Shown here: piece by piece, positions 1 through 13,744 of the stretch
How positions within the stretch are numbered: the first letter of the stretch is position 1
Layout of the letters: each line of letters begins with the position of its first letter
NCBI GenBank assembly: GCA_963514005.1
Contig: CAUPSL010001169.1
Location: forward strand, 186,001 to 250,000
Reading direction: 5' to 3'
Source of the DNA: Raja brachyura
Lineage: Eukaryota
Length of the DNA: 64,000 bases
Notes under the pieces: model-generated
Database searches by the model: none
Seen by the model: only the letters and a program-made list of their open reading frames with translations
Told to the model about the DNA's origin: nothing
Made by a program: the position numbers and the translations under genes

Positions 1-261
1 GCGATTTTTCGCTTTAAAACTGGATCTACAGATCGGGACCAATTAATAAAAGTTATCGGAGCCTTTGAATGCTCTGCTGATGGTGTTATCAGTAAGTGCT
101 GTGCAGTAAACTCTGGATTTAACCCTTTAAATGCAGAATCCGATTTCTGCTCAGAGTCCTCAGAGAGCATTTCAAAAATATACTGTAGCACGGAGAAAGA
201 GACTGAAGAGCTTGAATAATCGACTTTTGAAGGTGCTCTTGAAGGAAAACTGCCTTGCGAA

Positions 262-1200
262 ATGTCTACAAGAGCTAAGGCAGATAAGGCAATCAAGGAG
301 AAAGACTTGGAGGACTTAAAGCAAACGGGAAGAGAACTGAAAGATAAAAAGGTGGACGGAACGCACATGGAAAAAATGATGAAAGATATGACAGATAAGC
401 TAATGCTGAATACCAATACGGGCAATTTGAAAATTATTGAGTTTGTGCAGGATTCTATCAACACTGTAAATAAAAGAATTGAAGATGTGAGAGTTGAACT
501 ATTGGGGCGAATGAACAAGGGGCAAGAGGACACTAATAAGAAGTTTGCTGCAGTGCATGAGACTGTCTCCTCATAGGTGAAAACAATGAAAGAGATGAAG
601 AAAGACATGGGACGAATGGCCGAGGATATGAAGAAAATGAAGATACAGCACGACCTCACTGCAAAACAGCTGGCAAGATGTTCGGATAAGTGCTTAGACT
701 TGGAAACTCGTTCGAGACGCTTTAATCTAAGGCTAGTAGGAGTACCCGAGGAAGCCGAGGGCGATAACCCTCGGGAGTTTGTTGCGGATCTAAGTAAAGA
801 AGCTCTCAATCTTCCTAACCTTCCGAAAATTGAAGCAGCACATCGAATTCCGAGATTCAAACAAAAATCCCAAACAGGCTCAGAATACACACGTCAGATC
901 ATTGTGAAATTCCGGGACATTTCTGGCGTGGAAGAGGTTATGAACAATATTAAATACGGAATACCACTGAAATACGAGCAGCCAACCTTCAAAATATTTA
1001 GAGATTATCCCTATGAAGTTGTCCAGAAAAGAAATCAGTTCTATAAGGTAAAGCAAGCTCTCCAAGGCGTGAATGGTGTCAGATATGGAATCTACTTTCC
1101 CGCAAGAATGCGTATTTCTTACAAGGATCAGCAAAAATCATTTACAAATCCTGAGAGTGCATATAAACATGCGTTAACCATCGCGGAAGAGAACCAGTAA
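262..1200 (+). pseudogene. LINE-1 ORF1p (coiled coil, RRM, CTD), interrupted by one in-frame TAG at 574-576
   Basis: ORFs 262..576 and 577..1200 are in the same frame. L1 ORF1 motifs: LETRSRRFNLRLVGVPE, IEAAHRI, RQIIVKF, IFRDYP..VVQKR, YFPARMRI. Confidence 0.9.
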
Positions 1201-2108
1201 CTTTAAAAGCTGAACTGTATGGATATTCTTTCTCTTATTATTTCACCATAAAATGTGTTCAACAGAAGATGGAACTCTCCCTGTGTTTTGACTCGACGGC
1301 TTATCGAGGAATGTTAATTCAAGGACATACTGGGTTCCAAATAAGCAGAAAAAGATAAACATTGAATACAGAGCTTTACAATATAACCTGAACAGACCAA
1401 TTACCGTGGTTTAAACATTTAACTGAACAACCTAATGTTATAAAAGTAACACTTTTAACAATTAAAATATAGAATACTATTATAGAAATAGTAATGAATA
1501 CTAACCAGATCGATAATAAGGGGCTGATTTACAAACTAACATCTATAACTTAATATCTTAATAAGTTTTAAGCAGATTTATAACTGGGTTGTTAGGGGGA
1601 TGACGGGCTCCTGGCTCAGATCCAGAAGCCTGCCCTAGGTAGCACCTTCAACCAATAGCTGATTAATATCGAGGTAAAAACTGATGCTTAACACTCTGTA
1701 GATATAACAGTTAGATATATTTGGGAATACATATGAAATGGATATATGTACTGCAATTAGGTATTATATAGTTGATTTGGAATTGGCTCGGTTCTAATAT
1801 GGATATGTTATGACTTATTGAGGGAACGGAGCTATAGTTTATTAACATCGACAACGGAAGTCGTTATAATGTTTTCTCCCACCAACAGGTGGGCCACTTA
1901 TTACAGTGCCGACAAGCTCGGTCACTTTATTTTCACTTTTACTATTTTTTTAAAAATATCACAATTAATCAGATGTGTGTTTTTTTATTCAATGATAATC
2001 GCAAATGGAATCCACAAATTGAACCTGGTAGGTTGACTGTTCCCCCATTGCTTAAAGACCTGAGGTATGGATGCATCGTAAGATACCTAGGAACTAAACC
2101 TAGCCAAA

Positions 2109-5100
2109 ATGTAAGACACTAAACAAAATAAATCGTGAGGAATCTCATTTTGCAGTTGGAATATTAGAGGGGCTAACAAACGTATTAAAAAGGGTAAGGT
2201 TTTAGCACAGCTGAAGGCATTTAAATCAGATATCATCTTTCTCCAAGAAACGCATCTTAAAGTTCATGATCAAGTTAGATTGAGGGCCAACTGGATAGGT
2301 CAAACTTTTAATTCGCCATACACGTCAAAAATCCAGAGGCACGTCCATCATGATTCGCAAAGGTATACCATTTAAACAGAAAAATACCTTAACAGATAAG
2401 GATGGGAGATATTTGACAGTTACCGGTGAGATCCATGCAATCCCAATCACTTTGGTAAATATATGTGCGCCTAACTTTCGTAATCCGCATGTTTTAAATA
2501 CAAATTTGAATATAATTGCAGAATATAATTACCAGAATGTTATAATTGGGGGAGACTTTAACTGTGTCCTAGATCCTTAATTAGATAAATCCAGTCAAAA
2601 ACAACGAGGTAATACGAAATCTAAAACTAGTGAACTTTTAAACACATCTATAACAAATACAAATATAACCGATGTTTGGAGGATTGCAAATCCGACAGGT
2701 AAGGAATATTCATTTTATTCATCGGTACACAAGACCTATTCACGTATAGATTATTTCCTGGTAGACACAAAATTAATTCCGTATACTCTTAACCCAAAAT
2801 ACCATACAAATACGATTTCAGATCATTCCCCTCTAACTTTTTTTTTCAATAGAAGGTATGTCTAAGAATACATCGTTCTGGATGTATAACCCCCAAATTT
2901 TAAAAGACCCGCAAGGGAGTATATATCTAAGACAGCAAATGGATGTTTTTTTCGAAATAAATGATACGCCAGACACACCACCTACTTTATTATGGGAATC
3001 TTTCAAAGATTTTATTCGAGGTGTTATAATCTCATACCAATCCTTTCAGAATAAAAAAATAATTGAACAACGGCAGCTAGAGGAACAAATTAGACAATTG
3101 GATATAGATAATGCTAAAGACCCGTTCATGGATAAATATAATATAATATTAATACTAAAATTCAAATTAAATAAATTACTTTCAGAGAAAGTTATAAGAT
3201 TACTCGAAATTACAAGACAGGAACAGTTTGAATTTGGGGAGAAGCCTCATACACTTCTAGCACGCCAATTAAAAAAACGAGGAAAGGAACACACGATTTG
3301 AAAGATTAAATCAGACAGAGAGGAAATATTAACATTACCGAATGAAATTAATAAAAGATTTGTGCAATTTTATGAGAATTTGTATACATCCAAAATGACA
3401 ACGGACATCAACACAGTCACTGAATTTCTGGATAATTGCAAACTTCCCAAACTAGAATTGCAGGAACAAGAGGAATTGGGAGAACAAATCTCAAATAAGG
3501 AAATAGAAGAAACAATATTCTCATTAAAAAATGGAAAAACACCAGGCCCCGACGGATTTAGTAATGAATTCTATAAAAGTTTTTACGATATATGTAGTCC
3601 TCATCTACAGAAAACGTACACACACGCTTTCAGAGAACAAATATTACCAGATACATTAGCAGAATCTACGATTACACTAATACTTAAGAAAGATAAAGAT
3701 GAGGAAGAATTTGGATCTTATAGAGCTATCGCGTTGTTAAATACAGATCAAAAATTATTAACAAAATATTATCAGAAAGATTAAGTAAGCACGCCAATAA
3801 ACTAATACATCCGGATCAAACGGGGTTTATCCCTAAGAGACATTCATTCAATAATTTGAGACGTCTGCTTAACATAATGCACTCACACCAAACTTAAGAT
3901 CCAAATCTCGCAATTATTTCACTGGATGCAGAGAAAGCATTCGATCAGGTTGAATGGAAGTATATGGTTTAGGTATTGCAAAAATTTCAACTGGGAGAGA
4001 ATTTCATTCAATGGATTAAATTAATATATAATAAGCCAACGGCCAGAATATTAACTAATAATATTTTATCCACGAAATTTCCTTTGTCAAGGGGTAATAG
4101 ACAAGGTTGTTCATTATCACCACTGTAATTTGCACTCATAATTGAACCACTAGCGGAAAGATGTAGAGCTCATCTGAATATCCACGGATATAAGACAAAA
4201 TATTCAAACAATTAAATATCATTATACGCTGATGATGTACTTTTGTACATCACAAAGCCTCATGTCACTATACCCAACATCATAAATTTAATTGAGGATT
4301 TCGGTTCATTTTCAGGCTATAGAATAAATTGGAATAAAAGTGAAATCATGTCAATAAACCCGAAAGATTCTACACATCTCGTACAATTTCCTTTTAAAAT
4401 AGCTGGGGAAAAATTTAAGTACTTGGGTATTGAAATTACCAGAAGATATCAAGACATGGTTAAAGCAAACTATAACCCTCTACTTAAGAAATTACATAAT
4501 TTAATTAAATTCTGGAAAACGCTTCCGATGTCCTTAATAGGTCGAATAAAAGCCATACAAATTATTTTTCTACCACAAATTCTATACTTGTTCCAATCAA
4601 TTCCACTATATCTACCCAAATTTTTTTTTTTTTAATTGGACTCAGATATAACAAATTTTATTTGGGATTATAAGACCCATAGAATACAAAGACCATACCT
4701 GACTGAACCCAAAGTTGTAAGGGGATTAGCACTCCCCAATTGTATGTATTATTATTGGTCGTTAAATATTAGAAATATGATTCAATTGTTGGATAATTCT
4801 CTTCATCAACCAGAATGGATCATTATGTAGAAAGAGGACTGCTCCCCCTTTAAGATTGGTGTGATCCTTCTTTCACCAAAGACGATGAATAATACAAACT
4901 ACAACAAAAACCCAATTATACATAGTACAATTAGAATTTGGAAACAAAATAAAATACAATTTAAAATTAAGAAACTTATCTCTCCTATCTCCTATTGCTA
5001 AAAAAAACCTGTTTAAACACTCAATTATAGACAAAGCATTTATACAATGGGAAAGAGCAGGAATTAAAACTTTGGGAGATCTGTATGATATGGGAAAATT

Positions 5101-5135
5101 ATTGTCATTTAAACAATTTCAACTAAAATACAATC
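2109..5135 (+). pseudogene. LINE-1 ORF2p (APE endonuclease + RT), multiple stops and frameshifts, 3' truncated
   Basis: SWNIRG..IIFLQETHL, GGDFNCVLD, SRIDYF, SDHSP (endonuclease); KTPGPDGF..EFYK, YRAIALLNTD, SLDAEKAFD, GNRQGC, LYADD, FSGYRINW.KS, FKYLGI (RT). No C-terminal Cys-rich region before a CR1 fragment begins near 5140. Confidence 0.92.
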
Positions 5136-5139
5136 GTTG

Positions 5140-5640
5140 AGGCCGCGTTTAGAGTTCAGGTTTTGGTCAACCTGTTACAGAAACGATTTTATTCAGCTGA
5201 AAAATCAACTGAAACTCCACAGTAGATTTGGGGATTTCATTCCTTAGATCACAGAAGGCTGAGAGTTTATCTTATAGAGGTGTATAAAATCATGAGTGAA
5301 ATCATCATAGTGAATGCACTGAGTATTTTACTCAGAGTAGGAGAGTCAAGAACCAAACGTTCATAGATGAAGTTGAGAAGATGAATATTAGGAACCTGAG
5401 GGGCAACTTTGTCACTCAGTGTGCGGTGGTAATACGAAATGAGCAGCCAGGGGAGGTAGTTGACGCAGGTACTAAAATTATATTTAAAATACGCTTGGAC
5501 AGGAACATGGGGAGCGAATATTTACATGGATAAGGGATATACGCAGACAATTGAGACTGGTTTAGATGCGGTATCTTGATCAGTAGGGACGAGTTTGGTT
5601 AAACAGCCCGTTTCCGTGCTGTCTACGTCACTAACTCTAT
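5140..5640 (+). mobile_element. CR1/HER1-like LINE 3' fragment
   Basis: Decayed RT C-terminus (CAGAAGGCTGAG..CTTATAGAGGTGTATAAAATCATGAG) and a tail (GCCCGTTTCCGTGCTGT) shared with many copies in the window. Confidence 0.7.
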
Positions 5641-5855
5641 TTGGCCCATCACCCACATCTGGGCAAATAACATAAAATACATAAATCTCATAAGTAGTTT
5701 CATTATGTGGTTTATGTTTTTTGGAAATTTACACAACTTCCCGAGACATTTGGTTCATTTGTAGATCTCCTTGCGTGCATGCACTCCCGTTCAATTTTGT
5801 TCAATAGTGTTCAAGGCAACTACATTTGTAATTTAGAAAAAAAATATTAGTTGTA

Positions 5856-6769
5856 TCATTTAATGCAGTTGGTTACTGTGGCAACAAGAACCATGGGCCA
5901 TTTGATCACGTTTTTCAGTTCCTCTCTGAATTTTCTCTGGGATACAGCATAAATAAAGGTGTTCGTGCAAGAACTCAAAGACTTCAGCATGTACCCTGAT
6001 GACTCAGCAATAGTGAAGGGGTCATTGTAACTTGCATCCAAAAATTGCGTGTCAGTAAATTGCACGCATATGTAACATATTAAATTAACCATCCACAAGA
6101 TAATAAAGCTGCCCGATATGGCAAGGAGCAACACGATGGACTTTCTGCGGTTCTCCATCTCTGTATCAGTGTGTTTCACAGTACTGCTGTTTCCACGCAG
6201 TCCGCTCCTCACTCGATTAGCCAGTATAATGTGTCTGATGGTCAGGGAATTAAACAGCAAGATCAACACATAGGGAGCAAACGGAGTTAAGATCGTTTCC
6301 AGCCACAGAAATGCCGCCCATATGGGTAATGTGTAGAAGCTTGATTTTACATAGCACGACCACTCAAAGCCAATAACTACCTCTCGAGGTTCGTATATGA
6401 AATAGTACGGAACGTTTTCCACAATGCTTGCACAAAACACCACCGCTATCACGACAGTCACATTCTTTTCAGTACAATATTTTGTTCGTAGCATTTGATG
6501 GTATATCGCAATAAATCGGTCGAAAGTAAAAGCCACAGTGAGCCACACTGAACAGTCCATGGAAATAAAAATCATGGTTAAAATATATCTGCAAATAATT
6601 GTGAGATTGAAGAAGGAATGTGGAAAATATGCATTAATAATCTGATATAAAATTGCAACAAATGTAATAACCATCAAGTCAGCGACAGCCATTCCCAGCA
6701 GGTAACGAGTGACGCATTTGGAGAGACCGCACTTTCCTCGGAACAAGATGACGATTGCCAACAAATTAG
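5856..6769 (-). CDS. Class A GPCR, GPR139/GPR142-like, copy A, exon 2 (mid-TM1 to stop); exon 1 not located
   Basis: Intact ORF with 7TM pattern: ANLLAIVIL.RGKCGLSKC.TRYL..MAVADL, SVWLTVAFTFDRF.AI, EMENRRKS..LL..ISGSF, SSCTNTFIY. Phase-1 acceptor ttttatgcag|CTAAT at 6770/6769, equivalent to the acceptor in copy B. Confidence 0.9.
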
Positions 6770-8072
6770 CTGCATAAAACAAATGTATATTAATAATTAT
6801 AATTGAAGTGTGACCCCCAATAGTGATGTTTCATTATCTGAATTAGAATTTATTTCACAATAGTTATCTGATAGTTTTATTGGAACATCGGTTGTGATTG
6901 TGTCCGTTCGCTCAATTCCGACTAGTGTTACTTGTCTTTGCAGTGCTGAAGTCAGAATGCAGCTGTAGATCAGACGAGTCTGTGCTGCAAACCCCTGAAC
7001 CATGTACTGATCCGGAGGTTGATCTCGCTGAATTGCGCTTTATGAGAAACATGACTGGCATATATATATATAACGCGGCTCCATTCATTTGCAAGGTGGC
7101 CGCCCACCCTGGTTGGAGGTGTCTTTAATGTAAATAATGTTGTTTCTTTTTCTTTTCATTCTAAAGATTTGAAATAATGTATCATTTGGATATAACTGAG
7201 AGCAATACATTAATTTATCCTTGTTTATTTAATCGTTTACTTTGATTGTTTAATAATGTTGGAAATATTCTAGGTAATTTATTTTCATACATACTTTTGA
7301 CAGGAAGGAATTGCCTAAAGCTCTGGTGACTGCCTTAGGTAGGAACTCATGATTCATTATTTGGGATTTTGTCACGGTCAGTGCAACACTCCATATTAAA
7401 CGACTAACGCCGCAGTGATGTCTGGAGCTCGACACGACTGACGTCGCCAGAAAATAACTCCGCAGGCTCCCGCGGAGGAGCTGTCAAAAGTCGGTCTCTA
7501 CCAAAGGCCGGCAACTCCTGGATGTTAGGCCGCAGTGCAGACCGAGATACGATACAGAAAAAAATTGCATCTCCGTCGAGGTAAGATATTAGAAAACGTT
7601 TTCCCCAACCCCACACCCCACACAATCCCTCCCCACGTAAAACAAGCTAAAGAACACCAAAAACATACATTTAACACAGGGGTTGACAACCTTGTTCTGC
7701 ATGGGAGCCAGGACCCCTGTCTGTGAATGGATGACGGGCCACATCTATCACCATCGTTAATAATTAATTAATTATCGTTTTTAAAAATCGCTACAAAAAT
7801 GTAACAAAAATTACCCCTGCGACAAATACGACTGAAGTGCAACACTGTGGCCGGACCGGAATTCCTCACCGACCCTGCTGATGCTTTGTTTTCATCCAGC
7901 CCGCCTGCCGCTGGGCTCCCGAGGAAACCGCTGCAGCACAGCCTTATCGATGCCGCTCTCAGCCCGCTGCTGTTTCACACATGCTGCAGCATCCAGGTGG
8001 GGGGCGCTTTCACTCCGGGAGGTCGGGAGGATGGAAGAGGGGTGGGAGGGGAGGGATGGAGAGAGAGAGTTA

Positions 8073-8387
8073 AGGGCCTGTCCCACTGTACGAGGTAATT
8101 CAAGAACTACCCAGAGTTGAAAATAAATCAAACTCGTGGTAAGTACGTAGAATGTACGTAACAGGTAGGTCGGAGCTCGGGACGTCTCTTAGCGGCTCCT
8201 AACGCTAACGGCAGGTACTCGGAAAACGCGGTAAGCTCGTGAAGACTCGTGAAGATTTTTCAACATGTTGAAAAATGTCCACGAGAGACCCGAGTACCTA
8301 CGAGCGGCTATTAACGTAATTCTCCGAGTTCGAATCGGGGAAACTCGGGAGAACTCTTGAATTAGCTTTTACAGTGGGAAAGACCCT
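8073..8387. mobile_element. PIF/Harbinger-like MITE
   Basis: About 45-bp imperfect TIRs (AGGGCCTGTCCCACTGTACGAGGTAATTCAAGA / TCTTGAATTAGCTTTTACAGTGGGAAAGACCCT), flanked by TTA and TGA. Confidence 0.75.
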
Positions 8388-8427
8388 TGATTCGACAGGT
8401 GTTGTGATATGGAATTGGCTGTGTGTG

Positions 8428-8988
8428 TGTGAGATATAGTTTGTGCTCACAATCACTACTCAGAGACTAAATCGTGGAATCAAAAAAAAGCTTTATTTGC
8501 GAGTCTGCAGAATCGGGTGCCTCTCCAAGTTGAGACACCCCAAAGTCAGGAAAGTAAAGCCCCTTTATACACACAATTCTGCTGGCTTAACCTCCCCTTC
8601 TGGCTCTTCCCAATCAGAGCACTGAGGTGCACAGTCTATAGGTACGTCCCCCAGTACCCCCCACATCACACATAGCATGTACATTTAAATTAGGTTCTTT
8701 GTCATGAGGGGCGTAAAGTGAATATTCATTTATTTCATTAAGCATGCTCAGTCGCTTTTGCCCTAACCTACTAATTGCCTTTGACCTAAAGACTAGCTTC
8801 TGTGTTGTCAGCTACATTCCTTACCTCATCTTGTTATTCTACAATGTTATCAACAGCTCTGAAGGACAGTAACAGTTTGTTCGAATCACAAGGTTGGTGA
8901 TTCGAACTATTCGGCCCATCACAAGGTCGGTGGCTACAACCACTCGACCCCTCACAATGATGGTGGTTTAATCATCTTATCCCTCACA
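8428..8988 (-). repeat. ERV 3' LTR (561 bp)
   Basis: TGTGAG...CTCACA termini. Minus-strand TATAAA (~8563-8568) and AATAAA (~8492-8497). Matches 14531-15044. Confidence 0.93.
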
Positions 8989-10742
8989 ATCCTCCCTTTT
9001 TCTTTTGCTGCGCATTCTGTATTAAACCCCATTCATAGACTTCCTGCTCTTCCAAAGCTAATAACATTCTTTTTATCTCTCTTTCCTCTGGGTCCTCTCT
9101 CGGGCTCATTATCATTATCTTCTGGACTTCCCCTTTCTCCCCCATGGGGACTACAACTGCCTGCATTTGGCTTATACTTCTAGTTATAAGAACGCTGAGA
9201 CGTGGTATACACCAGAGGATAAAGATCAATGCAGCTAATGCCCATAAGATCACCAGTCCCACCGCTTTCCACCAGGCTCCTCCCAAGATGTAATCCCACC
9301 ATCCTGCTCCCATAATCGAATTCCAGTTTTGTATTGGAACATGTGCCAATTTCCGGATTCCTTCTGATATGTCCATTACTGCCTGTCCATTGTCATCGAT
9401 ATCTGTGTCTGCTGCTTCGCCAGCATCTCTAGTGCCGCCGCAGTTTGGTTGGTAATTACTTCCAGTACTGCCTGGAGTCTTATGATCCAGTTTAACATGC
9501 ATACCGGGGTTCGGTAGCCCCAGGATCTGTCCTGTGCCCAAGTGGCTGGTCCATAGTATGAGATGATTCTTGCAGGTGGCCACTCATCATTTTCCCATTT
9601 TCCGATGTCCATTCTTCTCTTCGTTCGGTGTAGATCATCAAAGATGGGTGTTCCTAGCGACCGCCCCTCCTCAGTGGTCAACAGAAAAAAACCCTGGTTG
9701 TACCAGTCCAATTAAACAAGTCCCACTCCATTTTTCTGGCAATACCGAGTATGCCTTGTGTCTGCATATCCATAACAGTCCTTCAGGGGCCGGTCTACTA
9801 GAGGCAACATTGTCCCATATATCTCACAACACCGGGATTCCTTGATAAGGTTTGTTCCCGATGCAGTTCCATAGTCCAGTTTATTCCATTCCATCAGTCT
9901 TCATCCAGATAGTGCAGTTTCTTCCCTCTTTCTTATTTGGATACCATTTAGGCTCCTCTGGCCACCACACTCGGGACTGATTCGGCCACTGGGTGATGAT
10001 GCGCTGGCAGGGGCTGCTGCCTACTAGGACGGCATCCCTTACCCAGGGCCTAGAGATACACTCAGTCCCAACCGGAGTGTCTGTCAGGACCCAGTCCTGG
10101 GGACCTCGGTCTTCTCCTACTGTCAGGTTCCACTTCGTCAGGTCCCATACCTCAACGATGGAGCCTCTCCATGGCCAACGTGAGCTCATCAGTGGTCCTC
10201 CGCAGACCCAACAGTAAGTCACATTCAAGGTTCCAGCTATCCGGAGGGCCAAGTCCACGAACAGGTTTTTTCCTACTTCGGGGATCTCAACCTGCCTCTT
10301 TATTTCTTCATACATCGTTTGGTGCAGTTGGGGCTGGGAAGGTGGGGGAGGTTTGTTGACTACTGCTTCTGCTAACTTCCCTATCACGACCTCCTTAATT
10401 TTGTCTAATGTTTCCTCCCTGGCTCGGGAAGGGATGCCTAACTGTCCTCTCTTAATCATGCAGACCCATTTCTCTCCTTTTGGGCAGGTAATGTGCCCAA
10501 AACGTCCTACATGTCCCTTATTTTCTACTACATAATACCCCCTCCCCCCCTTCCTGACAAACAGCTCTAGTCCTTAGGTCGTAGCAATCATCACTTACAT
10601 GGGAATGATAGGTAAATGATCTGGTTGTTCGCCCTCCATATCTGATAGGATGGTAGCATTTATCACAGTTATTAACACTTTTTACAACGATTACATGCAG
10701 AGTAAGCAATACCACGACTGCTCCGTTCATACTGTCAGTCAT
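8984..10742 (-). pseudogene. ERV env (ERV3-like gamma-type Env), frameshifted with an internal deletion
   Basis: Signal peptide (ORF 10518..10742), NLFVDLA..IAGTLNVTYCWVCGG (CxxC), furin site [63 protein letters not shown] helix, and ...KKKGGL* ending at the LTR. Confidence 0.92.
8991..9006 (-). promoter_or_regulatory. Polypurine tract
   Basis: AAAAGAAAAAGGGAGG, then AT, then the TG start of the 3' LTR. Confidence 0.9.
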
Positions 10743-10746
10743 ACAC

Positions 10747-11900
10747 TTATTTCTTACTAAAAGTTAACGCTAGGGGCTTACTCCCCGGCTTCACCATCCA
10801 CTGTTCCTCTTTATCAGGGGCGGGTGGGTCAACGGGCCCTTTAACTCGGGTCGCGTGGGTCCACCCTTTTTCTTTTGTTCGTACTGCTGTCTCGGTTGTC
10901 AGTAATACTAGGTATGGGCCGGTCCACCGGGGCTGGAATTTCTCCTTCCAATTCTTGACCAGTACCCAGTCGCCGGCCATTACAGCATATATTGGAAAGT
11001 CGAGTGGTGGGTTTTGAGCCAATAATCCTTTAGCTTTTAATTCTGTAAGAGAACGAGATACTGCCAGTAAATAGTTCCTTAAGAATACATCACTGCCCTC
11101 TATGGTGGGTATTCCTTCTATCTTTCCCAACTAAGGTAACCCAAACAACATTTCATAGGGGGATACTGCTAACTTTGCATGGGGTCTCCGTTGCTTTTCT
11201 CAAAGCCTTTCGGTTTCCCTACTGCTCCATACATGAGCCAGACTCCATGTACATATGCTGCTCTTAAAGCCTTAATTTCTGCCAACTGGGCTAAGCAAGA
11301 TTGCAGGCAAGCTTCCAATTTGATTACCTTAAAGTCTAATTCATCCTGATGCACCACTTCAAACACTGCATACTTGCTATTATGATCCCTTTAACAAGAA
11401 ACATCCACAAGCAAAACCCTTTATTCAAAGGCTCTGACTGTAAAACATTTCTCAGACTTGTGTGTCCTTCTTCCTTCATTATTTTCCTTAATGGCATCAC
11501 AATTTCAACATACTTTCCAATCTAATCTGAACTATATCCTGCCATTCCCAAGATCATCATCATCTGTCCTACTGTCTGAGGTTTGGGAACTTCAATTATC
11601 ACTTCAATTTGATCCTGCTCTATAGCTTTTACTTCTTTAGATATTACTCGTCCAAAATATTCTACCTGCTGCTGACAAAACAACAACTTCTTCCTTGATA
11701 CTTTATGACCTCCTGTGCCATCTTTTCCAAGATAATTACAATCTCTCTCTCACATTGCTTCTCACTTGTGGAACAAACCAACAAATCATCCACATACTAT
11801 ATCAACACCTTCCAAATCTGCCTTTAACATCTGATTAAAAACATGGGGCTAGTATTTAAAACCCTGCCGCATCCTAGCCTAGGTGTACTTAATACCTCTT
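10747..11900 (-). pseudogene. ERV pol remnants: decayed RT/RNase H and a better-preserved integrase C-terminus
   Basis: YVDDLL (~11780-11795), GHKVSRKKL.FCQQQVEY.G, AQLAEIKAL; then SPYEMLFGLP, WVLVKNWK...PRWTGPYLVLLTTETAVRTKEKGWTHATRVK (GPY/F module). Most of pol is deleted. Confidence 0.85.
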
Positions 11901-12029
11901 CTTTATGTTCTTACCATAGCTATGTTCACCGCTATCTTAATTATTATTGTTATTTCCTGATTACCATACCTGTCCACACCCCCCACACATCGTATCCATT
12001 ACCTGTCTCCTTACTAGCCTTTCTTGACC

Positions 12030-13300
12030 TCTTTCCTGAGAACCCTCCATCCCTTGGGGACCCCAGTCCTGTCTGGGCTTATATCCAGATTTATTTCACT
12101 CCTGACAGGGCATTTCAGGAAACACTCTCCCAAATACATTTATTATTGGCATGGAATTCCCTGGCCCGTGTTTGGCTCTGTCATAGGGCTCACTGTGTGT
12201 CGGTGCATCACTTATTTCAGACTTTTCAGCCAGGTCTGTTGTTACTGACAACATTGTCTTTCCTTTTTCACGCTCTTTCTTTTTGAGCTCTTCAAGTTAC
12301 ATTTGCATCATTTTTCTCTGCACCTCTTCCTGCTCGTCTGCAAGTCTTTTTCCTATCTTTGCAATATTTCTCAAACTCATTGTCCAAATGATCGCTGAAT
12401 CGGGGGTGGGAAATAGATGACAATCCCACCACCTCCTCCAATCTGGACTTGACTTTAGGAGGAATGACATCCATCACATTGGTTCAGAATAAAGTGTTCA
12501 TTAAGTGGTTGCCTTCTATTTCTTGTTCAGTTTCCAGTCTCCACCTTTTCAGCTTGTTCTCCAGATAGGCTGCTGGATTATTGTCTGAGGGCCTGCCATG
12601 CTGTCTGACTGTGTCAAACAGCATGCCATTGTTAATTTGCATTGTTCACAGCATTTTTATATCAGACATCTTCAGGAGTTCTGTCAGTTTATTGGTTCCT
12701 ATCACTTTCACCAACAGTGCTTTCAAATCTCCCATAGCCAATAATTGTCCCACGTTCTTCTCCTCCAAAGCCATAATCCATTTCCTGCCCCATCAGGAAT
12801 ATTGGGTAAGGTATTTTTTAGCCCTCTCAGTTTACGAGTGCTCCAAAGGATAATCTGTCTGGCCTGCTCTTATCTTTTTTAAAGCAGTCTCATCAATTTA
12901 TCCCTCTGCTTCCCACTTTAATCCTTTCTGATATGCCTTCTTTCTCATTCTAACCTCAATTTCTTACTTCTCAGATAGTTTATCCTACTTTGCAAATGTA
13001 TTCGCCTTTCTTTTAAAATCTTCCACTGACTCCTCCTGATTTATTACTTTCACACCTGTCATTTCCTACGTCTGTTACCTCCTCACTGCCTCTCTCTAAA
13101 CTGCCTAAGCACATCTAATTCCTTTGCTCTCCCCTTTTATCACCTTTCCACCTTATCTGTGACATATAATTCATAATTAGCACTCCATCTTGTCACACAT
13201 TTATCTTGAAAGTGCCTTCCTTGGGCCACTTCCTCACAACTGTTTCTGAAAATCTCAGCAAACAATCATTACCCTTCTCCAACCAGAATGCTTATCTAAA
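12030..13300 (-). pseudogene. ERV gag remnants
   Basis: KWPKEGTF (matrix-like WPxxGTF, ~13210-13235), LAIGDLKALLVKVIG, NPAAYLENKLKRWRLETE, MDVIPPKVKSRLEEVVGL. Many stops and frameshifts. Confidence 0.75.
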
Positions 13301-13744
13301 CAAACCACAAAAGCTGGTCATGTTTCAGCAATTAACTTATTTCCAATTATTTCAATCCATTCTCACCACTATTTAGTAGTAGTAACAATTTTCCAAATTA
13401 ACTTCACTGAAAAGAAATCTATAGAAACATCAGCAAAACCAAGCAACCTACATTTTCCAACTTTACCCTTTTAAGTTGCGATAATACAAAGCGTTGTTCG
13501 TTACCTTACAGCTGTTCATAACCTCCCCCATTGCTTACAATTTCTTAAAGGAACACACCAACCTACCCTTACAGCATGTGGCCTACAACAAACAAACTTA
13601 TCACATATATGAACATCCTCATTCATTTTTACACACAAATCATATTCATTCCATTCTTACTTCAATGAAATGATGCAATTTCCTACACAGAGTAAAGTTT
13701 CAAAATTAACATTATATATAATTCTTATTGTATCCTTCTGCAAT

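Larger units (their letters stand above)
1..5135 (+). mobile_element. Degenerate L1-clade LINE (5' end may extend beyond the window)
   Basis: Collinear ORF1, about 0.9 kb AT-rich spacer, then ORF2. Confidence 0.9.

Noticed and set aside
6797-7094. Short minus-strand ORFs and an ACAA|gtaaca donor as exon 1 of GPCR copy A
   Set aside because: The frame that would splice in phase is hydrophilic and lacks the YP.L..GVP half of TM1; the other frame is out of phase.
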